Source of the DNA: Spirochaetaceae bacterium
GTDB taxonomy: Bacteria > Spirochaetota > Spirochaetia > Treponematales > Breznakiellaceae
Assembly: GCA_031277165.1 (NCBI GenBank)
Contig: JAISLT010000090.1
Location: 2,431-26,430, forward strand
Direction: 5' to 3'
Length of the DNA stretch: 24,000 nucleotides
In this document: in pieces, positions 9,245 to 15,541 of the stretch
How positions within the stretch are numbered: the stretch's first letter is position 1
How the letters are laid out: every line of letters starts with the position of its first letter
Notes under the pieces: generated by a model
Databases searched by the model: none
What the model was told of the DNA's origin: nothing
Seen by the model: the letters and a program-made list of their open reading frames with translations, nothing else
Position numbers and translations under genes: made by a program

Positions 9245-9345
9245 AATTCTTCCGCCTTAAGAGAAATGGTAAGTACGGGCGGAATGGCCTTCGCAGGGCA
9301 AGCCCCGGGGATATGGACCGGGCCTTCCAATCAGGTTGTGTGTTT

Positions 9346-10170
9346 ATGATAGTAACAGTTTCATGCGTACAGATGGCTCCGCGGCTCGCTGACTTTGAAG
9401 CAAACATACAAAAAATCAAAAAATACTTTAAAGCGGTCATGGAGAAATACCCCGCCACGGATCTTATTGTTTTTCCGGAACTGATTACCTCGGGATATGA
9501 ATGTACAAACGAGGAATTTGAAACGCTGGCGGAGACAATACCCGGTGGACAAAGTCTTGCAGAAATATCCGCGCTTTGCAGGTACTATGGCGTTAATGCC
9601 GTCTATGGGCTGCCCGAACGCGCCGCCGCAGCGCTGTATAATTCGGCGGTCTTTATCGGATCCCGGGGGCAGCTGCTTCATACCTACCGCAAGGCCCATC
9701 CCTTCGATACCGAGCGAAACTGGTGCAAAGCCGGCGGCGATCTTGCCGTTTTTGATACGGATTTTGGAAAAGCCGCCGTCATGATCTGTTATGATGCGGC
9801 ATTTCCGGAGCTTGCCCGGGTCTATGCCCTGCAGGGGGCCGAACTGCTTATCATTGTAACAAACTGGGAAAAACCCTACTCCGAAGACTGGGATCTGGTT
9901 ACCAGGGCCAGGGCCTATGACAATATCCTTCATGTGGTTTCTGCGAATCGCATTGGCGTGGATAAAACCATGGGCTTTTTTGGTCACAGCAAAATCGTTG
10001 ATCCCCTGGGCAGGGTAATTACATCCCTCGACGAGGAAGTGGAGGGCATCATATCCGCATCTATCGACCTTTCACTTACCAAAAAACTGCGGGAAGATTA
10101 TTATACATTTCTGGAAGACAGACGGCCGGAACTGTATACGGAATTGGTAAAACCGAAAACCTTTGCCTAG
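9346..10170 (+). CDS. Carbon-nitrogen hydrolase (nitrilase superfamily) protein
   Basis: The Glu-Lys-Cys triad contexts are present: LIVFPELITSGY, TYRKAHPF and AAVMICYDAAFPE. The start was set at MIVTVSCVQM (ATG 9346) inside ORF 9313..10170. Confidence 0.88.
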   Translation: MIVTVSCVQMAPRLADFEANIQKIKKYFKAVMEKYPATDLIVFPELITSGYECTNEEFETLAETIPGGQSLAEISALCRYYGVNAVYGLPERAAAALYNSAVFIGSRGQLLHTYRKAHPFDTERNWCKAGGDLAVFDTDFGKAAVMICYDAAFPELARVYALQGAELLIIVTNWEKPYSEDWDLVTRARAYDNILHVVSANRIGVDKTMGFFGHSKIVDPLGRVITSLDEEVEGIISASIDLSLTKKLREDYYTFLEDRRPELYTELVKPKTFA

Positions 10171-10203
10171 CAGTTTGTCGTACTTCGTGCGTAAAACCCC
10201 AGA

Positions 10204-10227
10204 AAATCGCCGATTAGGCGATTTTTT
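10204..10227 (+). terminator. Rho-independent-type terminator, usable from both strands
   Basis: AAATCGCC-gatta-GGCGATTT followed by TTT (T6 in total), 34 nt after the hydrolase stop. On the minus strand the same hairpin is followed by TTTTC. Confidence 0.5.
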
Positions 10228-10260
10228 CCTCTCAAACTGCGTAAGGGGCCCAATAATCGT

Positions 10261-10303
10261 GGTTTTTCTGGCTTTTTCAACGAAAAAAAACCCCAGAAAA
10301 ACC
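10261..10303. repeat. Perfect 11-bp inverted repeat GGTTTTTCTGG / CCAGAAAAACC with an inner T5/A5 helix
   Basis: Arms at 10261-10271 and 10293-10303. The loop contains CTTTTT-caacg-AAAAA. A third CCCCAGAAAA copy lies at 10197-10206. Confidence 0.6.
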
Positions 10304-10410
10304 TACAACAGTGAAAATTTTAGCAGCAAAAAAGTAAATGCAATTGCCTTTCAGATCCATGATTAAACCGCGAAGGCGAAGAAGGAAGGGCTGTGCGAAG
10401 CGCCTGGCGG

Positions 10411-10566
10411 TCAAACGGCGCTGACCCGCAGGTCGACGAGGAAGGCCGCATGTTCGGTAAGGGCAAAATCCAAGCGCCCTCCAATGTCAAGGCTCACGGT
10501 AAATGATTGTTCCTTATAGATAAAGGATCCCGTCACATTGGCTGCAGGAAGTGCGTCTTTATCCAT
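10411..10566 (-). CDS. Small hypothetical protein (51 aa), not in the ORF track
   Basis: My translation is MDKDALPAANVTGSFIYKEQSFTVSLDIGGRLDFALTEHAAFLVDLRVSAV*. AAGGAG lies 8 nt upstream of ATG 10566. The ORF starts 22 nt after the stop of the nuclease-fold gene on the same strand. I recognise no family. Confidence 0.5.
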   Translation of the reverse strand: MDKDALPAANVTGSFIYKEQSFTVSLDIGGRLDFALTEHAAFLVDLRVSAV

Positions 10567-10588
10567 ATAAATACACTCCTTAAGAAAG

Positions 10589-11227
10589 TTATATCGAAGA
10601 CAAGATCTTCGTTTTTAGCGCCTCAAAGGCGCCCGGATCCGGTTTAAAAGAGGCGGGGTCGTCATTGGGGTGTCCATTCCCCAGGACAAAAAACGATGGG
10701 CCAAACTTCTTTTTAAATTTTTCCATCCGGTCTTTGCGGCAGTATTCCGGGGAAAATACCGCGTATATCCACTGCAGGCCCTTTTCAAAGCTCAGGTCGT
10801 AGGTAACGCTGCACACCCGGCAGTGAGCCCGTTCCCGGTGCAGCCCCCGGACTATGCCGCCGCGCTTTTTGGCGTAGGCCCCAAAGTCCCCCAAACGGCT
10901 TAAATCCATTTTTAGCTCAAAGAGCAGCCGGACGGTTTTTTCCGTGCCTTCTTCGCCTTCCACAACGCAGATATCGGGCTTAAAGTAATCTTTACGTTCC
11001 CTGCCTGTGGCGCTGGTTTTTACGCGCTTTTCAAAAATGATGGTGGGATTTACCCAGATAAGGACACCGCGCGCTTTAAGTACGCCGTCAAGCCACAGGG
11101 CGAACAGGTCTTCGGCCTCGCCGGAAACGGAACCGCTCCCGCCCCGGTAGACGCGCCCGCCTATGTGTTTGTTATGCGCCTTCGTATACAGGCCGCTAAT
11201 ACCGCCGATGAGTTTGTTATCGTTCAT
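10589..11227 (-). CDS. PD-(D/E)XK (restriction-endonuclease-fold) nuclease-like protein, family not recognised
   Basis: 212 aa from ATG 11227 (GGAGGA 5 nt upstream), inside ORF 10589..11344. The motif order is GEAEDLF ... FKPDICVV ... RLLFELKMD, that is E / PD / E-x-K with flanking beta-strand-like segments. The longer N-terminal extension is Pro/Ser-rich and implausible. Confidence 0.6.
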   Translation of the reverse strand: MNDNKLIGGISGLYTKAHNKHIGGRVYRGGSGSVSGEAEDLFALWLDGVLKARGVLIWVNPTIIFEKRVKTSATGRERKDYFKPDICVVEGEEGTEKTVRLLFELKMDLSRLGDFGAYAKKRGGIVRGLHRERAHCRVCSVTYDLSFEKGLQWIYAVFSPEYCRKDRMEKFKKKFGPSFFVLGNGHPNDDPASFKPDPGAFEALKTKILSSI

Positions 11228-11296
11228 AGTTTCCTCCGGAGACAGCTTTCCCCGGAATGTGGAATGGGGATAAATTTTTTTTGAAAAAGAGCTGCC

Positions 11297-11305
11297 GGGG
11301 GGGGG
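11297..11305. repeat. Homopolymeric G9 tract (C9 on the nuclease coding strand)
   Basis: It is the only G or C homopolymer run of 8 nt or more that I found by eye. It lies 70-78 nt upstream of the nuclease ATG and next to a T8 run (11275-11282). Confidence 0.9.
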
Positions 11306-11323
11306 AAGAAATGGCGGTGAGCT

Positions 11324-11348
11324 CGCAATGCGTCGTTGCCGCATTGCG
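11324..11348. other. Perfect 9-bp stem hairpin CGCAATGCG-tcgttgc-CGCATTGCG
   Basis: Read directly from the sequence. It lies about 100 nt upstream of the nuclease start in the long non-coding stretch. Confidence 0.7.
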
Positions 11349-11914
11349 TTGGAATTTTGCTAAACGCAAAACTCCCCGTCTGGAAAAGATGAAGATGAGT
11401 ATTATGAGAGAGAGCAAATTCCGTGCCAAGTGAGGCGAATTTTGGGTATAAATTACCAGAAATTCGTTATGTGCGGCGAAACCCTGCCTCATGGGGAAAG
11501 GCTACCATGCCGGGGAAAGAAGTGTCAAGGGTGCGCGTTACGGGCAAACCAAAGGGCAAACCGGAAAATGTCCGGCGGCGTCGAATGTGTCTGTTTCTTT
11601 TTGCGTAACAGGGCGGCGGAATTATATGAAGAAGCGCAAGAGGAGGCAGGGGAAGATCAGCGTGGGAAGGGGAACAACTGGAAGTATCAGGTAAACGTGA
11701 ATCATGAGATAGGGGTATTGAAGGATCGATTGATACTGCTGCTGCTGGAAGATGACGGGAAGAAACGGTAGCGCTATTGAAGAGTCGAATAATTCCGATC
11801 CGGCCGAACCGGAGCATACCACGCAAAATACCCCGGAAGGTAAAGTTTCATCATAATCATAAATCAAATTGTTGACCGGAAGGGGTCTTAACTTGTTGAC
11901 ATTGGTTTGCAAGG

Positions 11915-11944
11915 TATAAAAATTCACTTTCGTGAATTTTTATA
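11915..11944 (-). terminator. AT-rich 13-bp hairpin after the EIIB gene (putative terminator; member of a repeat family)
   Basis: TATAAAAATTCAC-tttc-GTGAATTTTTATA, 26 nt downstream of the EIIB stop. The U-run lies inside the 3' arm, so terminator function is uncertain. Confidence 0.4.
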
Positions 11945-11970
11945 CAATTCATGTGCGGCGCAACAAACTG

Positions 11971-12252
11971 CTAGGGGTCCTGTTTTTCTAAGACCTCAAG
12001 AATCTTGGCCGCCGCATCATCGGTGCCTATGCCGGTGAGAAAACAAGTTCCCAGCACATGGGGTACCGGTAAATTCTGCTGTATCGGCGATGAGGTAACC
12101 ACAAGATCTGCCTCCGAAAGATATCCGGACAGTTCATACAAGGTGGTTTGAATAATGTTGATCTTGATTTTGCCGGCAATCTCTCTAACCCGGTTGGCGA
12201 TGACGGTTGACGTGGCAATACCGCCGCCGCAGGCAACAATTACTGTCTTCAC
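11971..12252 (-). CDS. PTS EIIB component, galactitol/SgcB type
   Basis: VKTVIVACGGGIATSTVIANRV contains the active-site Cys context. I chose GTG 12252 as the start (AAGGAGG 6 nt upstream) inside ORF 11971..12327. Confidence 0.8.
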   Translation of the reverse strand: MKTVIVACGGGIATSTVIANRVREIAGKIKINIIQTTLYELSGYLSEADLVVTSSPIQQNLPVPHVLGTCFLTGIGTDDAAAKILEVLEKQDP

Positions 12253-12278
12253 GGCCTGCCTCCTTGAAGGGTCTGTAT

Positions 12279-12303
12279 TCCCGGATATTCCGCGAATGTC
12301 CGG
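12279..12303 (-). other. Intercistronic hairpin between the epimerase and EIIB genes
   Basis: CCCGGAtATTCcgcGAATgTCCGGG: a 10-bp stem with one mismatch and a 3-nt loop. Confidence 0.5.
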
Positions 12304-12327
12304 GAAAATCAGCTTACCGAAGAACAA

Positions 12328-12954
12328 TTATAACAGCCCTTTATATGCAAGGCAAGCTTTTTTATTATTAAAAATATCCCGCCCCATTACGACGCCCGTG
12401 ACTCCCAGGGCTTTCAAATCCGGAAATTGATCCGCCGATATTCCCCCGTCTACCCAGACCGCATGGCTTGCGCAGAACCCCTTTGCATATTCCTGCAGAT
12501 GGCCGTCATACCCCTGGGCAGGATCATCAATCCGTGCCGTCAGGATAATGACCTCGGATACGGCGGCAAGAACCGGCCGGTAATCCAGGCCCCGCTTGTT
12601 TTCGAGATCCCGCCCGGAAAGGCCTAAACCAACATTAATGCCCGCTTCTTTGTACCTAAAAAGAACCTCCGCCGGATCCGGCAGGTGATCCACATGAACA
12701 AAGACAATATCCGCTTTGCATTGTGATACCTCCCTAATCCAAGCCGCAGGATCATGCAGCATTAAATGCAGCGATTTATATGCCCCGGTACTTTCGCAGA
12801 TACGCTGGGCAGTTTTAAAGCCAAAGCTGATATTGTGAAGATATACCCCGTCCTCCACATCGATATGTACATGGGCAAAATGTTCTTCGGCAAACCGTAC
12901 TTCTGCTTCAAGGTTCAATACGTCACCGGAAGCTGCCGACGGACTGATAAACAT
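12328..12954 (-). CDS. Ribulose-phosphate 3-epimerase family protein, SgcE-like
   Basis: ISPSAASGD, HVHIDVEDGVYLHNISFGFKT, SLHLMLHDP, VWVDGGIS and VVMGRDIF match E. coli SgcE blocks as I recall them (HPSLASAN, HLDIEDSSFINNITFGMKT, FHFML, WADGGIT, MVIGRALF). Confidence 0.85.
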   Translation of the reverse strand: MFISPSAASGDVLNLEAEVRFAEEHFAHVHIDVEDGVYLHNISFGFKTAQRICESTGAYKSLHLMLHDPAAWIREVSQCKADIVFVHVDHLPDPAEVLFRYKEAGINVGLGLSGRDLENKRGLDYRPVLAAVSEVIILTARIDDPAQGYDGHLQEYAKGFCASHAVWVDGGISADQFPDLKALGVTGVVMGRDIFNNKKACLAYKGLL

Positions 12955-12957
12955 GGA

Positions 12958-13770
12958 TCAGCTGCCGCCGCGGATGCTTTTTACCTTGTCCATGAAGGCT
13001 TTTACCCGCGCTTCATCCGCCTCGTTGTAAAAAGCGCCGTCCCTTTTGAAGGTGGTCCCCACCACGGCGCCGTCGCCGGCGGCGAGCTGGGCATCCACAT
13101 TCTCCAGACGGACGCCGGTATTGGCAAAAACAGGTATCTTACCGGCCGCCGCCGCTTTGACCCTGCCGATAAGGTGGCTGTCCGCCGCATGTCCTGCGAT
13201 AAGCCCCGCAACCAAAATGGCATCCGGTTCGCCATAAAACGCCAGGGCCTTAACAATATCCTCCACGGGGCGGTCAACCAGGGCCTTCGATGCTTCGGGG
13301 TGCAGGGTAAACAAGGTCTTGATCCCCCTGGCGCCCACCGCGGCCCGGTGCCTGACGACTTTTCCGATCTCGAATGACATCAGCCCAAATTCACCGGCAA
13401 AGGCGCCGGTGAACATTCCCCGCACAAATTTTGCCTCCACCGCCGCGGCAAGATCAAATACTTTATACGAATCGGTCAGCACATCAACACCAAAGGGAAT
13501 TTTTATCTCGGCCTTTAACTCTCCGATAACGGCTGCCATTGCCGCGACCGTACAGGGGGCCACATCAAAAAGATAGGGCAGGCTGAATTCGTTTGAAAAC
13601 ATAATGGCATCCACACCGCCGTTTTGCAGGACATGCAGTTCCCGGCGGGCGCGCTCAATCACTTTTCCCATCCCCCCCTGGGGATCATAATTCGGATCAC
13701 CGGGAAGGGCAATCAAATGGAGCATTGCAATAATAGGTTTTTCCGTACCGAATAATTCTTTTGTCCACAT
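12958..13770 (-). CDS. BtpA/SgcQ family protein
   Basis: 270 aa from ATG 13770 (AAGGAG 7 nt upstream): MWTKELFGTEKPIIAMLHLIALPGDPNYD..., a TIM-barrel-like pattern typical of BtpA/SgcQ. The ORF-track N-terminal extension runs through a palindrome, so I rejected it. Confidence 0.75.
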   Translation of the reverse strand: MWTKELFGTEKPIIAMLHLIALPGDPNYDPQGGMGKVIERARRELHVLQNGGVDAIMFSNEFSLPYLFDVAPCTVAAMAAVIGELKAEIKIPFGVDVLTDSYKVFDLAAAVEAKFVRGMFTGAFAGEFGLMSFEIGKVVRHRAAVGARGIKTLFTLHPEASKALVDRPVEDIVKALAFYGEPDAILVAGLIAGHAADSHLIGRVKAAAAGKIPVFANTGVRLENVDAQLAAGDGAVVGTTFKRDGAFYNEADEARVKAFMDKVKSIRGGS

Positions 13771-13795
13771 AAAAAACTCCTTATATACGGCTAAA

Positions 13796-13831
13796 GATAT
13801 TTTCCCAAAACTGAAGTTTTGGGAAAATATC
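13796..13831. repeat. Perfect 36-nt palindrome (17+17 nt arms) between the EIIC and SgcQ-like genes
   Basis: GATATTTTCCCAAAACT-ga-AGTTTTGGGAAAATATC. The core is shared with 16326-16350 and 17502-17529, and in degenerate form with 2139-2156 and 2301-2319. Confidence 0.9.
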
Positions 13832-13851
13832 ATGCCATAGATTTAAGTTTG

Positions 13852-15279
13852 TCAGTTCGCAGGCCGGTCTTCTTCTGCTGCCGCCAGCCGGATCTCTTCC
13901 CGCTTCTGCATCCATTTTGAAAAAACCACCCCGCCCACGCCAAGAACTATGCAGAGGGCGACGCCAACGGGAACGATATTCATGGTAAGAAATTTAAAGA
14001 GCGCATAGGCAAATAAATTTCCTTCCAGGCAGGTAACCATCAACGCCCCCTGGGGAATATCCATGGCATTGGCCTTGGCAACTTCGGTAAGCATGGGAGC
14101 AAAAACGCTGGAGATTGGCAGGACAAGGGATATAATAATTACGCCGGTAATAAATACCCGCAGAAGTTTCGGCTTGCCGTTCCTGGCGTGGAAGGCCGTG
14201 GCAAAGGTTACCATATAACATGTCGCCGGCAGATCCCCCATGGGGAGCGTGGTATTGAACGGAATAATTATCGAGAGCAGCAGGGTCACAGGAATAAGCA
14301 TAAGACCGGCGGTGGCCGCGGTGGGAAGCCCTATCAACACGGCGGAATCCATCCCTATAAAAATCTCGCGCCCGTGGTCCTTGAATTTTTTCTGCATAAA
14401 ATTACGCGCCTGGGTACTCATCGGAATAAAGCCTTCCATAAGAACCTGGACCATTCTTGGAAGCAGATACATCAGGGCTGCCATTGACATGGCCACATTC
14501 AAAATCTGCGAAACACTGTATCCGCTGAGGATCGCCAGGATGGCGCCGATTATCGCCCCCAGAAACATCGGATGCCCCAGGGTTCCCTGGATCACGCCAA
14601 AGATCTTCCTGCTCCCGGTTGTTTCTTCCCGGTCTTCCAGGGCGGCCTCGCGCAGGTCCTTCTTTCCAAAGATCCGGTCGTAAATCTTATCCATCAGGAT
14701 AACGATGGGCAGCATTCCCGTGACTTCACCGCCCGTAACGGTTATTCCCGGAATACCCAGGGTTTTCTGTACCCGTTTTGCGGCCAGGTCGGCAAAGGTC
14801 AATGAGAGAACGCAATGGGTGGCCGCGCCAAGGAAACTAAGGGGGATATTTTTTGTTACCACATAGATAAGGGAGCCGGTAAAGGCATAGTGCCAATAAT
14901 TCCAAATATCAATGTTTGCCGTCTTTGTAACCTTTGTCATTATAAGGACAAGGTTCACCACTATCGTAAAGGGGATAATAAAAGTTCCCACCAGGGTTGA
15001 GTAGGCAAGGCCGGCGCCGGCGGCCCAGCCAATATCAATGGTATTGAAATTCACATCGAACCGTTTTATCAGAATTTCGGTAATTGGGGTAATGTTCTCC
15101 CAGATTAGGTTTAGCACCAGATTCAGCCCGATAAGCCCGATACCGATGGTCATACCGGACTGAAGGGCCTTGCTGAATTTAACGCCGACTCCCAAACAAA
15201 CAAGGGCAATAACGATTGGAATCATTACATAGCTTCCAAGCCCGCCCAGGTACTCAAATACGGTTTGTATGATACTCAT
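13852..15279 (-). CDS. PTS EIIC component, galactitol/SgcC family
   Basis: 475 aa and polytopic, starting MSIIQTVFEYLGGLGSYVMIPIVIALVCLGVGVKFSKALQSGMTIGIGLIGLN. AGGAGG lies 4 nt upstream of ATG 15279. Confidence 0.88.
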   Translation of the reverse strand: MSIIQTVFEYLGGLGSYVMIPIVIALVCLGVGVKFSKALQSGMTIGIGLIGLNLVLNLIWENITPITEILIKRFDVNFNTIDIGWAAGAGLAYSTLVGTFIIPFTIVVNLVLIMTKVTKTANIDIWNYWHYAFTGSLIYVVTKNIPLSFLGAATHCVLSLTFADLAAKRVQKTLGIPGITVTGGEVTGMLPIVILMDKIYDRIFGKKDLREAALEDREETTGSRKIFGVIQGTLGHPMFLGAIIGAILAILSGYSVSQILNVAMSMAALMYLLPRMVQVLMEGFIPMSTQARNFMQKKFKDHGREIFIGMDSAVLIGLPTAATAGLMLIPVTLLLSIIIPFNTTLPMGDLPATCYMVTFATAFHARNGKPKLLRVFITGVIIISLVLPISSVFAPMLTEVAKANAMDIPQGALMVTCLEGNLFAYALFKFLTMNIVPVGVALCIVLGVGGVVFSKWMQKREEIRLAAAEEDRPAN

Positions 15280-15419
15280 AGACCCTCCTGTGAATCAACA
15301 ATCCCGCGGCAGGGCCACGCGGTATGTTGGTCCCGTGCGATATTTGTATCCGGGTTTACTGCCTTCAAATAGTAAACCCTCCACAAAGACGAATTGCCCA
15401 AAAGGGCGCATGGATCTAT

Positions 15420-15449
15420 ATAATAAGAGCAAATTTGTTCGTTTGTCAA
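15420..15449 (-). promoter_or_regulatory. Sigma70-type promoter candidate for the PTS operon, with a candidate operator in the spacer
   Basis: The minus strand reads TTGACA (15449-15444), an 18-nt spacer, then TATTAT (15425-15420). The spacer carries GAGCAAA-tttg-TTCGTTT. Confidence 0.5.
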
Positions 15450-15486
15450 TTAAATTTATGATTATTTTATTCTTTTTTTGAATTTA

Positions 15487-15533
15487 TTTATTCGTTTTGA
15501 GCAAACTTGACTCTTTTTAGGGGAAAATACATT
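15487..15533 (+). promoter_or_regulatory. Candidate DeoR-regulator promoter and operator; possibly a leaderless mRNA
   Basis: TTCGTTT-t-GAGCAAA (15491-15505) abuts TTGACT (15507-15512). The best -10 is TACATT (15528-15533, a 15-nt spacer, suboptimal), 8 nt before ATG 15542. There is no SD. Confidence 0.3.
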
Positions 15534-15541
15534 CTAAAGAC

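Noticed and set aside
9219-9312. Guanidine-I (ykkC) riboswitch resemblance: AAGAGAAA versus GAGAGAAA, and ACGGGCGGAA...AAGCCCCGGGGA versus ACGGCGGGA.AAAAGCCCGGGAGA
   Set aside because: The 5' CUAGGGUUCCG box is missing, an extra hairpin interrupts the 3' motif, and half of the similarity falls upstream of the predicted transcript start. It is too weak to claim without a covariance-model score.
10163-10366. ORF 10163..10366 (+, 67 aa)
   Set aside because: It runs straight through two hairpin/terminator structures, has no SD, and has odd composition.
11541-11580. Possible c-di-GMP-I (GEMM-I) riboswitch because of GGGCAAACC x2 and a nearby ACGCAAAAC at 11364-11372
   Set aside because: The ACGCAAAGC-like box is on the wrong side and in the wrong order. 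There is no GAAA tetraloop/receptor arrangement, and the P1/P2 pairing cannot be drawn.
11423-11927. ORFs 11423..11608, 11430..11771 and 11491..11694 (+) and 11467..11826 and 11622..11927 (-)
   Set aside because: They overlap one another, have no SD, and have unnatural composition (poly-R, poly-L, P-rich). I treat the region as non-coding, and it is flagged as a finding instead.
13771-13833. Extended start of the SgcQ-like ORF (MIFSQNFSFGKISLAVYKEFF...)
   Set aside because: The extension is the translation of the 36-nt palindrome. ATG 13770 has AAGGAG at ideal spacing and gives a BtpA-like N-terminus.
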